Positions 1-9,348 of a stretch of 64,000 nt of DNA are shown piece after piece (the stretch's first letter is position 1; every line of letters begins with the position of its first letter). The notes beneath the pieces were generated by a model that was not told the DNA's origin, did no database searches, and saw nothing but the letters and a program-made list of their open reading frames with translations. Both the position numbers and the translations under genes were made by a program. Source of the stretch: Candidatus Omnitrophota bacterium (GTDB taxonomy: Bacteria; Omnitrophota; Gorgyraeia; Zapsychrales; JANLHA01); NCBI GenBank assembly GCA_963662715.1, contig OY759724.1:2074662-2138661 (forward strand), read 5' to 3'.

Positions 1-558
1 ATTTTGTTCGTGGGCCGCCTGGAAAAGGAAAAAAATTTATTCGCTCTGCTTGATGCCATACGGCAGACGCCCCTGACTCTTGATATTGTTGGGGAGGGGC
101 GGCTAAAAGATGAGTTGACAAGCTATATCAAAGTCAATAAGATAAAAGCCCGTTTGCTCGGCCGTATGGCTAATAGCCGATTGCCGGAGACATATAACCG
201 TTATCCGGTTTATATTCTGCCTTCCTTTTGCGAAGGCATGCCCAAAACCTTGCTGGAGGCCATGTCCTGCGGGATGGCTGTTATCGGCAGTGATATTGAA
301 GGAATCCATAATATTATCAAACATAAGGAGTCGGGATACTTATGCGATACAACGACGGAATCCATTAGGGACGCTGTCCGGGAAGTTATGGGGGACCCGT
401 CTTTAAGGCAAAGATGTGGCTCCCGGGCAAGGCGGTATATAGAAGAATATCATAGCCTTGACTCGATTGTCCGACAGGAGAAAAAAATTTACGGTTTTGA
501 TAATGAAAATAATAAAAAAGATTTTGTTAGCACTCTTCAGCAGGAAACTTGTTGCTAA
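1..558 (+). CDS. Glycosyltransferase family 1 (GT4-like), C-terminal part; 5' end lies outside the window
   Basis: Open frame from nt 1 with no start in the window. C-terminal GT-B motif EGMPKTLLEAMSCGMAVIGSDIEG is typical of GT1/GT4 enzymes. Confidence 0.7.
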   Translation: MLFVGRLEKEKNLFALLDAIRQTPLTLDIVGEGRLKDELTSYIKVNKIKARLLGRMANSRLPETYNRYPVYILPSFCEGMPKTLLEAMSCGMAVIGSDIEGIHNIIKHKESGYLCDTTTESIRDAVREVMGDPSLRQRCGSRARRYIEEYHSLDSIVRQEKKIYGFDNENNKKDFVSTLQQETCC

Positions 559-1252
559 AATCATTGTCCGCAAAGCCCTGCAATGTCATACGCTGGCCTA
601 TAAATATGCCGGGCGTTTCAGCTGTTTTCTCGAACCTGGGGGCCTGCATCCGAAACACCGGCTTATGAATTATCATCAGTGGTTTATTGACCATATGAAT
701 AAAGACTGGACTGTCCTGGATGTCGGATGCGGGAACGGGGCCCTTTCGTATGACTTGGCATGTTCCTGTCGGCAGGTTATCGCCATCGATAAGAATCCCT
801 TGAATATAGAAAAGGCCAGGAGAAATTTTGCCTTGGGGAATATCGAATATATTTTAGGTGAAGTCCCTGCCTGTTTTGATGACAGAGTTTTTGACGCTGT
901 TGTCCTTTCTAATGTCCTGGAACATATTGCCGACCGGAAGGTCTTTTTGACTGAGATTATGAAAAAAACGAAAAGAATTCTCATACGCGTTCCCATGATC
1001 GATCGTGACTGGATTACCTTGTATAAAAAGGAATGGGGCTTGGAATGGCGTCTGGACCCTACCCATGAAATAGAGTATACCTCTGATCTGCTGGTTGCTG
1101 AACTCAGAGCGGCTGGCTTGGATGTTCAGACATGCGACAGAAGATTTGGAGAGTTGTATTGTCTGGCTGTCCCACTAAGTGAATCAAGAAAGGATCCATC
1201 AGATGAGCGTCTCCCCATTGCGGCGGGTTGCGGTGATTATTCCCTGTTTTAA
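503..1252 (+). CDS. Class I SAM-dependent methyltransferase (probable sugar/glycan methyltransferase)
   Basis: Glycine-rich SAM motif I (VLDVGCGNGALS) and downstream acidic motif II. The ORF opens at 458 but overlaps the upstream gene, so I chose ATG 503 (MKIIKK). It overlaps the next gene by about 50 nt. Confidence 0.6.
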   Translation: MKIIKKILLALFSRKLVAKIIVRKALQCHTLAYKYAGRFSCFLEPGGLHPKHRLMNYHQWFIDHMNKDWTVLDVGCGNGALSYDLACSCRQVIAIDKNPLNIEKARRNFALGNIEYILGEVPACFDDRVFDAVVLSNVLEHIADRKVFLTEIMKKTKRILIRVPMIDRDWITLYKKEWGLEWRLDPTHEIEYTSDLLVAELRAAGLDVQTCDRRFGELYCLAVPLSESRKDPSDERLPIAAGCGDYSLF

Positions 1253-1892
1253 CGAAGAATTGACGATAGAAAACGTTATCTGCGATTTTAAGGATAAAAT
1301 CCCGGAAGCGGATATTTTTGTCGTTGATAATTGTTCTTCCGACCGGACGGGGCAGGTCGCGGAAGCGGCCGGGGCTAAAGTGTTGCACGAACAGGCCCCG
1401 GGGAAGGGCAGTGTGATGCAGATCGCTTTCAATAAGATTTCTGCCGATGTCTTTGTGACGGTAGACGGGGATGCCACTTACAGCGCCTCTGACGTTAAAA
1501 AAATTCTTGCGCCTGTTATCGAAGGCCGGGCGGATATGGTTGTGGGCAACAGGCTGAACAATAGAAATGCCGAAGTCTGGACCCGTCATCGCGTCTGGGG
1601 GAACAGATGTATCTGTCGTTTCTTCAATCTGTTGTACGGGACAAAGTTTTCCGATATCCTTTCGGGGTACCGGGCTTTGTCCGCCGAAGCTGTTGAAGTG
1701 TTGTCTTGCCAGAGCAAAGGTTTTGAGATTGAGACGGAAATAACCGCAAAAGCTGTCATTCACAAACTTCGTGTACAAGAAGAACCTATCCATTATTATC
1801 AAAGACCGGAAGGCAGCAGTTCGAAATTAAGTGCATTCCAGGACGGGCTGAAAATTGTCGGTACAATGATCAGGCTTTGGCTTGCGGCCTAA
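1203..1892 (+). CDS. GT2 glycosyltransferase, DPM1/GtrB-like polyprenyl-phosphate sugar synthase, apparently without C-terminal TM helices
   Basis: Motifs VAVIIPCFNEE, VVDNCSSDRT and DGDATY (DxD) as in dolichol-phosphate-mannose synthase and GtrB/CsbB. ATG 1203 is preceded by AAGAAAGGA; an alternative GTG start is at 1179. The protein ends without hydrophobic helices. Confidence 0.6.
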   Translation: MSVSPLRRVAVIIPCFNEELTIENVICDFKDKIPEADIFVVDNCSSDRTGQVAEAAGAKVLHEQAPGKGSVMQIAFNKISADVFVTVDGDATYSASDVKKILAPVIEGRADMVVGNRLNNRNAEVWTRHRVWGNRCICRFFNLLYGTKFSDILSGYRALSAEAVEVLSCQSKGFEIETEITAKAVIHKLRVQEEPIHYYQRPEGSSSKLSAFQDGLKIVGTMIRLWLAA

Positions 1893-1934
1893 AATTTCAT
1901 ATAAAATGCAGAAGGAAAATAAAGAGAAAAAAGA

Positions 1935-3521
1935 ATGAATAAAAGCGTGGGATGGCCAGATATCCTTGACTTTATAATTCTTGGTCTTCTCTGTTTATTC
2001 GGGGCCGGATATTCTTTATTAAACCGGACATTCGCACAGCTTCATCTTCAGCTGTCTTTTTTGCCTTTCCCTGTGTTTATCGGTGAAATCCTGTTTGCTG
2101 TATGTTTGATTCTGTTGCTCCTGAAAGAGCGCCTTCAGGGGTATCCTTTCCTGAAAAACAAACCCAGAAGTTTTGCGGCGGGGCTGATATTTTTTTTGCT
2201 TTTCATCGGGTTGAAAGCAGGAACAGGATATCTTGCGTATGGCCCTTTGGCTTTCCGGAATGCCGCTTTGTTTTATTATATTGTGTTTGTTTGGATTGCC
2301 GCTTCCGCTTATAACAGAAGATTTTTTCAGCCGGCTGTTATTTTTTCTTTGATTTTTTTCTTCACCACGTCTATCGTCATCCGCCCGCTTAATTGTTATA
2401 TGTATTTTATGTTCAGTTATATCCTTTTAAGTTTGCTTCTTATCATTCGTCTGCCGCAAAAAAGAATACGGTGGATGATTGTGTCTGTTTTATTTCTTTT
2501 CATCCCTTATCTGTATATCCTCGGCAGTTCCCGGGCTAATATTGTGGCGAGTATTGCCGGTATGTGTGTTTTTCTTCTGTTGTATTTGAGCAAAAGTATG
2601 GTGAAGGTCCGTTTCCTGAGGATTTTTGTGTCCATCCTTGTTTTCCTTTTCGCTGCGGCTTTTTTCGTAATGACTTTCAGCCGGACGGAAGAGATTCGCA
2701 GTCTTACCCGTATTAAGGGATTCCTGGCGCAGTATCGGGAAGCGAATCGGCTGATTCAGGAGAAGAAAGATGATTATGTGATGAGGGATGTCCCCGTACA
2801 GTTGTATTCACATAATAAAACAATTGATTTCATGACAAGCGACAGCCGGATCATCGAAACAGACACTGTCAAAATGGTGAATAAAGTTAAACAGAATATG
2901 AAACAGCATTCTATAAGCATGTCGGTCCGGCTGGCCGCGGGGCCTGACGCTCAAGATGATGCACAGATTTTGGATTCGGAAACATACGACAAGTCCCGAA
3001 ATTTAAAAGACACGGCCGGTTCGCAGGCAGAGGCCGGGAAGGGCGATACCGCTGCGACAGCAAAAGCCTCTTTGACCAATGAACCCACGAATAATATATT
3101 GTGGCGCATTCTTGTTTGGAAAGACATGTTGCAGGAAGTCTGGGCTGTGAATCCCGTTTGGGGTGTACCTTTCGGGAAACCTTTCCGTTCTTGCAGTATT
3201 GAAATCCTGGGCTGGAACAAAATGGAAGTTGACGGCGTGGGGTGGCTGGAGCCGCATAATTCTTATGTGCATATTATTTACCGTGCGGGGGCGCTTGGGG
3301 TTTGCCTGATAGGTCTTATCCTGTTTTTGGTCGTACGCCTGGCGATATTTTTTGTCCGGAAAGGACGAACAACCGGGATTCTGCTTGTTTCGATCCTGGC
3401 ATACTGGCTGGTTGTGGCGAATTTCCTGGTGACTTATGAGCTCCCTTTTTTCGCTATCCCTTTCTGGAGTCTTATGGGCTTGACCGTCGGGTATTATCGG
3501 GATATTCAGGCTCATGCATAG
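1935..3521 (+). CDS. Wzy_C / O-antigen ligase family polytopic membrane protein with a ~150-aa hydrophilic loop
   Basis: Many TM segments. C-terminal region has the Wzy_C-like signature EPHNSYVHIIYRAGALGVCLIGLILFL. RBS-like AAGGAAAA upstream. Confidence 0.6.
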   Translation: MNKSVGWPDILDFIILGLLCLFGAGYSLLNRTFAQLHLQLSFLPFPVFIGEILFAVCLILLLLKERLQGYPFLKNKPRSFAAGLIFFLLFIGLKAGTGYLAYGPLAFRNAALFYYIVFVWIAASAYNRRFFQPAVIFSLIFFFTTSIVIRPLNCYMYFMFSYILLSLLLIIRLPQKRIRWMIVSVLFLFIPYLYILGSSRANIVASIAGMCVFLLLYLSKSMVKVRFLRIFVSILVFLFAAAFFVMTFSRTEEIRSLTRIKGFLAQYREANRLIQEKKDDYVMRDVPVQLYSHNKTIDFMTSDSRIIETDTVKMVNKVKQNMKQHSISMSVRLAAGPDAQDDAQILDSETYDKSRNLKDTAGSQAEAGKGDTAATAKASLTNEPTNNILWRILVWKDMLQEVWAVNPVWGVPFGKPFRSCSIEILGWNKMEVDGVGWLEPHNSYVHIIYRAGALGVCLIGLILFLVVRLAIFFVRKGRTTGILLVSILAYWLVVANFLVTYELPFFAIPFWSLMGLTVGYYRDIQAHA

Positions 3522-3698
3522 TTCTTGAAACTCTGAATCCAGCCGGAATTTCTGTCGGCCGGCGGCGGATCTGAATTTTTCCGGAATCCCGAAGGCGGGT
3601 TTGCTGATGGCAGCACGAAAGACATCCGGTGTTTCATGCTTGTAAAATTTTAAGAATAATGTAATATACTTACTTAAATTGTTTTTACGAAGGAGAAA

Positions 3699-4739
3699 AT
3701 GTCCGTGAAGAAGGCTTTAATAACCGGGGTGACAGGACAGGACGGGAGTTATCTGGCTGAACTTTTGCTCGACCAGGGCTATGAGGTCTATGGCCTCGTG
3801 CGACAAGAAGCTTTGGAAGATCCTAATCACAGGATGGAGAGATTTTTACATATCAGGGACAAGCTGAAATTGTCCGCCGCGTCTTTGGAAAGTTTTCCCA
3901 GCATTTTTAAGATCATTCAGGACGTCAAACCGGATGAGATTTATCATTTGGCCGCGCAGAGTTTCGTTTCTTATAGTTTTGATGACAAATTTTCCCCGCT
4001 GTTGACCAATATCAGCGGAACACATTATGCGCTTTCTTCCTGCAAATCCATGCCCGTTCCGGCCAAGTTTTATTTCGCCGGTTCGAGTGAAATGTTCGGG
4101 AAAGTGGATGCAGAACCCCAAAATGAATCAACGCCTTTTCATCCCCGGTCTCCTTACGGAATTTCCAAGGTGGCGGGTTTCCATTTGACCCGCAACTACC
4201 GTGAGTCTTACGAAATGTTTGCGTGTAACGGCATCTTATTCAATCATGAGTCTCCGCGCAGAGGATTTGAATTTGTCACCCGTAAAATCACATCCGGCGT
4301 GGCTAAAATTAAGTTCGGGCTGGCAGACAGGATCAGTTTAGGCAACCTGAACGCAAAACGCGACTGGGGATTTGCCGGGGATTATGTTAAAGCCATGTGG
4401 CTCATGTTGCAGCAGGAGAAGCCGGATGATTATGTTATTGCTACCGGTCATGCGCATACGGTGCGCGAATTTGTTGAGCTTTCGTTCAAGACGGTTGATA
4501 TGGAGATCCTTTGGGAAGGGAAGGGCATACACGAAAAAGGCATTGATGAGAAAAGCGGACGCGTTTTAGTTGATGTGAACAAAGAATTCTTCCGGCCCGA
4601 CCAAGTCCATGTCCTGAGAGGGGATTATACAAAAGCAAAAAGAATTTTAAACTGGGAACCAACCATTCAGTTCCATGATCTTGTCCCGATGATGGTCGAG
4701 GCGGATTGCCGTTTGTTCTCCCAGGACAAGATGCGATAA
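3699..4739 (+). CDS. gmd: GDP-mannose 4,6-dehydratase
   Basis: N-terminal Rossmann motif [27 protein letters not shown] motif, and length/architecture of GMD. RBS GAAGGAG sits 7 nt upstream. Confidence 0.85.
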   Translation: MSVKKALITGVTGQDGSYLAELLLDQGYEVYGLVRQEALEDPNHRMERFLHIRDKLKLSAASLESFPSIFKIIQDVKPDEIYHLAAQSFVSYSFDDKFSPLLTNISGTHYALSSCKSMPVPAKFYFAGSSEMFGKVDAEPQNESTPFHPRSPYGISKVAGFHLTRNYRESYEMFACNGILFNHESPRRGFEFVTRKITSGVAKIKFGLADRISLGNLNAKRDWGFAGDYVKAMWLMLQQEKPDDYVIATGHAHTVREFVELSFKTVDMEILWEGKGIHEKGIDEKSGRVLVDVNKEFFRPDQVHVLRGDYTKAKRILNWEPTIQFHDLVPMMVEADCRLFSQDKMR

Positions 4740-4986
4740 AGGTGCGCAAATCATAACATTCGTCCTTAGAGTTGTTGGGTGACACGGCCGTAGCTACTGT
4801 TCTGTCAGCCCCGCCGCTGTGTTTAATGTGATTTTTTTGCTTCTAAGATACCCCTGCCGCTGGCCGTGGTTTTCCCGGGCAGACCGGGGTGAAAACATTA
4901 AACTCGTATCCACGAAGGAATGAAGCCTCATCCGTTGACCCCGTAGGTTGCCATGGGGAAGGCAGAAGGGTTTATTTATTTTCTCC

Positions 4987-7401
4987 ATGCAGAATAATAC
5001 ATGTCAAAAAAAGACGCGAAAGCAGAAAGGGCTGGCCGTTTTCTGTTTGGCTCTGGCGCTGTTCGTTTTGTTCGCTCCCGTGTTGACCGGGAAAAAAATT
5101 TTATTCCCATCCGACCTGCTGCACACGATGATCTCCCCTTATGCTGAGGGACGGTCTGTTCATGTTTACAATCATTTTTTGAATGACATTGTCGTTCAGT
5201 ATTTCCCGTACAAAAAATTAACTCAAACAGCCCTGCTGCAAGGGCGATGGGCTTACTGGAATCCTCTCATCCTCGGCGGGTATCCGCAATATGCTTTAAC
5301 GATGGCGGGAAATTTTGACGTGACGAACCTTCTGCTGGTTTTTATCCCTGACCCGCTTCAGGCCTATTTCGTTCAGATTCTTGCTCTGCTGTTCATCGCC
5401 GGCATCTCCATGTTCGCCTTGCTTCAATATTACCAGCTGCCTGTAAATGCCAGCCTGCTTGGTGCCGTCTGTTACATGCTGAACAGCATGTTTATTTGCA
5501 CGATCTTTTTCCCCTGGATTATGGGGGCGTTCTGCTGGATGCCGGCGGCGGTTTTATTCCTGGATAAAAGCCTGAGGGATAGGTTATTGCGGGACCAGGC
5601 GCTTTGCGCTTTATTGACAGGCTGTGCCATGATGGCCGCTTCTGTTCAGACGATGAGTTTTATTTTTTTCCTGACGTTTGTGTTTTCTGTTATGTACGGG
5701 TATGTCTTCGCCCGGACTTTCAGAGATGTCGCAACACTGGCTAAGATTTATTTGACGATACATGTCTGGGCCATAGGCCTGACAGCGGTCATGTTGTTGC
5801 CTACATTAGAACTTTTCTATTTTGACGCTATCCAAGGCGGACAATGGGGCAACGTAGGGCAGGGGGCCATCCCCTTTGTCAAGAGGCTGTGGGGAGTCGC
5901 CGGCGTGATTTCCTTTGCTTTCCCGCAATTGGCCGGGAGTGTCAGGGCCTTTGATCTAACAAAATTAGCATCCTCAACGATGATGTTTTATAACGGTTTT
6001 ATCGGCTTTCTTCCGCTGCTTTTCGGATTGTTAAGTGTCCGGAATATCAAGAAAGACAAAAGAATCATCATTTATATGACCATCACGTTGTTCGGCTTGC
6101 TTGTGCCGCTTGCTTCGCCGTTCTTAAAATATGTTTATCACCGTTTTTTTATTATTTATATTTTCGGCATGTCTGTCCTCTCAGCCTTTGGGCTGACATA
6201 TTATTTGCAATGGCAGGATAAGGATAAGATGGCTTCTTTTTTAAGAAAGGTCACAGCCCTTTTTGTGCTGGTGGTGCTTGTTCTGCTGGCCGGTCATGTG
6301 TTCATTCAGCTTTTTTATGATGACGTTCTTAAGCACGGCCGGAAATTTGTCGAGGCTCATCTGCACATGGCTAACTTGCTTGCCGGCAATCGGGGCTGGT
6401 ATTTGGGGCGCGTGGAGAAACTCTTGCAGCATTTCAACTTTTTTGCTCCGGCCATTTTCATCCCTGTCGCCACCATGGCCTTGGGCCTGGGAGCGCTTTG
6501 GGCCCACAGGGCCAACCGGCTGAAATCATCATTCACAGGCCTCATTTTATTTATCACAGTTTTTCAGCTTTTGTTCTTTGCCTGGAGCTGGCTGCCCATG
6601 GTCAGCCCTCAGGAATACCCTTTATATCCTGAGACGCAGTCGGTTAATTTTTTAAAAAAAGATCAAGATTTATACCGGGTTTTGATTTATAACAATAATA
6701 CGAATAGGAAGCCTGTTTATTCTCCGAATATTCTTTCTGTCTACGGCATCGAAACGATCAACGGTTATGAAAGCGTTGAGCCTAAAACGATAAGATATTT
6801 GATTCAGGGTATGGACCCTGCGGTTTTAGGCTTGTGCAACGTCAAATATATTATCACGCATGATGATCCTCCTTTACGGAGTCCTCATTTGCATTTAACA
6901 TGGGAGGGGGAAGGCCTGCATATATATGAGAATGAACTGTTCGTCCCGCGGGCTTTTTTCCGGTGTCAGCATGAAGTCAGATCCGAGACAGATATCCTTC
7001 AGGGCATTCGGACAGGCCGGTTGGATACCAGCCGGAAAGTCTTTTTCAGTGAAGGGTTGGGCGGGCAGGCCGGGGGGCAGCAAGGGGAGAATTTGCGAAA
7101 GCCTTTGATAAAATTAAGGCAATATTCCCCGGAAGAAGTTTTATATGAGGTCGAGACACAGGTGCCGGGCTATTTCGTGCTCAGTCAATCCTGGTATCCG
7201 GGGTGGACCTGTTATCTCGACGGCCGGCAGGAAGAAGTCAGAAAAGCGAATTATTGTATGCTGGCTGTCCGCGTCCCGGCCGGGAAACATAAAGTCCGGT
7301 TTGTATTCCGTCCGCGTATTTTTTATATAGGCCTTGCTGTAAGCTCGATATTTTTTCTGTTGATTCTTATTTCATTAAGGAAGAAAAGACATGCCTCTTA
7401 A
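4987..7401 (+). CDS. YfhO-like GT-C fold membrane glycosyltransferase
   Basis: About 800 aa. Polytopic N-terminal half, large C-terminal extracytoplasmic domain and a final TM anchor (IFFLLILISL). This architecture matches the YfhO family. ORF opens at 4948; I preferred ATG 4987. Confidence 0.5.
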   Translation: MQNNTCQKKTRKQKGLAVFCLALALFVLFAPVLTGKKILFPSDLLHTMISPYAEGRSVHVYNHFLNDIVVQYFPYKKLTQTALLQGRWAYWNPLILGGYPQYALTMAGNFDVTNLLLVFIPDPLQAYFVQILALLFIAGISMFALLQYYQLPVNASLLGAVCYMLNSMFICTIFFPWIMGAFCWMPAAVLFLDKSLRDRLLRDQALCALLTGCAMMAASVQTMSFIFFLTFVFSVMYGYVFARTFRDVATLAKIYLTIHVWAIGLTAVMLLPTLELFYFDAIQGGQWGNVGQGAIPFVKRLWGVAGVISFAFPQLAGSVRAFDLTKLASSTMMFYNGFIGFLPLLFGLLSVRNIKKDKRIIIYMTITLFGLLVPLASPFLKYVYHRFFIIYIFGMSVLSAFGLTYYLQWQDKDKMASFLRKVTALFVLVVLVLLAGHVFIQLFYDDVLKHGRKFVEAHLHMANLLAGNRGWYLGRVEKLLQHFNFFAPAIFIPVATMALGLGALWAHRANRLKSSFTGLILFITVFQLLFFAWSWLPMVSPQEYPLYPETQSVNFLKKDQDLYRVLIYNNNTNRKPVYSPNILSVYGIETINGYESVEPKTIRYLIQGMDPAVLGLCNVKYIITHDDPPLRSPHLHLTWEGEGLHIYENELFVPRAFFRCQHEVRSETDILQGIRTGRLDTSRKVFFSEGLGGQAGGQQGENLRKPLIKLRQYSPEEVLYEVETQVPGYFVLSQSWYPGWTCYLDGRQEEVRKANYCMLAVRVPAGKHKVRFVFRPRIFYIGLAVSSIFFLLILISLRKKRHAS

Positions 7402-9322
7402 AGAATTGCCATTCGTCAGTATTCTGATGGCCACCAAAGATGAAAATCCGCAGTATTTGAAAGAAGCGGTCGATAGCATCTGCCGACAAAGCTATACAAA
7501 CTGGGAGTTTCTTATCTTGGATGACGGGTCTTCGACCCAGGATAATTATGATTGGCTTGTGCACAGATCGGAAGAAGACAAGAGAATTCATGTTTTCCGT
7601 GGCCCGGGCGTGGGGCTGGCCCGGGCGCTTAATTTTCTTATTCCCAAGGCGCAGGGAGAGTTTTTTGCCAGGATGGACAGTGACGACAGGGCTTATCCCG
7701 AAAGGATTATGAAGGAAGTTGAATATTTGATGCGGTATCCCAACACGGTCTTGGTGGGATCCTGGATCAGAATCATTGACGGGACCGGAGAACCGATTCA
7801 TCAGTCATGCCCTGCCGATTATTTCAGGCCTCCCTGGTCCAGGGCCGCGCATTCCGGCTGGTGCGGCCGGTTGGATGCTTTGAAGGCTATCGGCGGATAT
7901 TCTCCGGATTTCCCGGTGAGCCAGGATTATGACTGCTGGCTCCGTTTGCAGCGGCAGGGACGGGTGGGGGTGGTTGAGGAAATCCTTTTGGATTATCGGT
8001 GGGGCCGGATTAGCTCCGAACGCTCGGTTGAGCAGTTACAGTATTTCTGGATTGCGAATCAGATACACCGGGATAACTCAGGGATTCCCAAGGTCAGTGT
8101 CTCTTCGGTTAAGGCCAGGTTAAAGAAATATGATTTTTGGTACGGCAGGATGTTTCAATCCCAGTCTATCAGCCAGCAGGCTATGCGGCTTTGGCAACAA
8201 GGGGATTACCGCCAGTCTTTCAAGGAATTCCTGGCGTCTTTGAGAGTATTCCCTTTCAGCCTCCGGACATGGCTTTGTTCATTCCTCGTTTTGATATTTC
8301 ATAAATATCCTGCCCATATGACGCAATTTTTAAAATTGCGGGTGCTTTTGCCTCGCATACTGTATTTGAATCCCAAGCCGCCGTCTGCGGCTGTCTGTCT
8401 GCATTTTTCTGAGAATGGGGGCCGGGGTGGTTATCGTCTGGCTCTCGTTATTCCTACGGCCGACCGCCGGCAGGTGCTTCATCGATTTTTAAAAAGCGTT
8501 GAACCGCAAAAAAACTGCGTCTCCCAGATTATTATTGTTGACGGGGGCAGGAAACCGGTGGAGGACCTTGTCCGGGAATTTTCCCAGTTGCCCATTGATT
8601 ATGTCCGGGCCCCTTACCCGTGTCTGACCAGGCAGAAAAATCAGGGGATTGAGCATCTCCGTCCGGACATCGATCTTGTATGTTTTTTTGATGATGATAT
8701 TATCCTGGAAGAAAATGCCTTGGATAACATGATCCGTTTCTGGAAGAGCAGCGGGCAGGAGGTCGGCGGCGCGGCGTTTAACATTATCAATGTGGTCAAA
8801 AGGAAAACCTCTTTCATGAAGCGGATTTTTTTGACAGGAAGTGAAGCCAAGGGCCGGATTATGCGTTCCGGTTACGGGGCGATGCTTTCCCCCGTGGATG
8901 ACAGTATCTTTACAGACTGGATTTTCGGCGGAGCCACTGTCTGGCGGCGGGATATTTTTTCGACATATAAATTCGACGAGTGGTTTGAAGGCTACGGTTA
9001 TGGGGAGGACCTGGATTTCAGTTACAACGTGGGTAAAAAATATAAACTAGCGGTCATCTCCGAAGCCCGTGTGCAGCATATCAAAGACAATACAGAAGGT
9101 ATTGATTATGTCCTTTTTGGGAAAATGCAGGTTGTTAACCGGTATTATATTGTCAGAAAGTTTAAGGAATTTTCCACGCTGCTGTTTTTGTGGTCGTCCA
9201 GCGGACAGATGTTGGAAAATTTATATATGTTTCTGTTCAGAAGAAACAAAACCTACTTCTCCAGGCTTTTAGGCAATCTGTCCGGATTATGGCATATTAT
9301 CGTTCAGCCTCCCCGCGTATGA
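7391..9322 (+). CDS. Tandem two-domain GT2 glycosyltransferase
   Basis: Domain 1 has VSILMATKDENPQYLKEAVDSICRQSY, ILDDGS and a DSDD motif. Domain 2 has LALVIPTADRR and IIIVDGG with a DDD motif. Overlaps the upstream gene by 11 nt. Confidence 0.65.
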   Translation: MPLKELPFVSILMATKDENPQYLKEAVDSICRQSYTNWEFLILDDGSSTQDNYDWLVHRSEEDKRIHVFRGPGVGLARALNFLIPKAQGEFFARMDSDDRAYPERIMKEVEYLMRYPNTVLVGSWIRIIDGTGEPIHQSCPADYFRPPWSRAAHSGWCGRLDALKAIGGYSPDFPVSQDYDCWLRLQRQGRVGVVEEILLDYRWGRISSERSVEQLQYFWIANQIHRDNSGIPKVSVSSVKARLKKYDFWYGRMFQSQSISQQAMRLWQQGDYRQSFKEFLASLRVFPFSLRTWLCSFLVLIFHKYPAHMTQFLKLRVLLPRILYLNPKPPSAAVCLHFSENGGRGGYRLALVIPTADRRQVLHRFLKSVEPQKNCVSQIIIVDGGRKPVEDLVREFSQLPIDYVRAPYPCLTRQKNQGIEHLRPDIDLVCFFDDDIILEENALDNMIRFWKSSGQEVGGAAFNIINVVKRKTSFMKRIFLTGSEAKGRIMRSGYGAMLSPVDDSIFTDWIFGGATVWRRDIFSTYKFDEWFEGYGYGEDLDFSYNVGKKYKLAVISEARVQHIKDNTEGIDYVLFGKMQVVNRYYIVRKFKEFSTLLFLWSSSGQMLENLYMFLFRRNKTYFSRLLGNLSGLWHIIVQPPRV

Positions 9323-9348
9323 ACACCGGGCTATTTATGAGATGATGT

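Noticed and set aside
1104-1802. 232-aa minus-strand ORF, plus the nested 1199-1477 ORF
   Set aside because: It lies entirely inside and antisense to the GT2 and methyltransferase genes. I recognised no motifs. This is a typical spurious antisense ORF in GC-balanced coding sequence.
4740-4986. Possible terminator or riboswitch in the 247-nt gap after gmd
   Set aside because: Only short, imperfect stems (CAGC/GCTG) ahead of a T7 run around 4834-4840, and a CCCGG-N5-CCGGG hairpin. None is convincing enough to call, and I recognised no riboswitch consensus.
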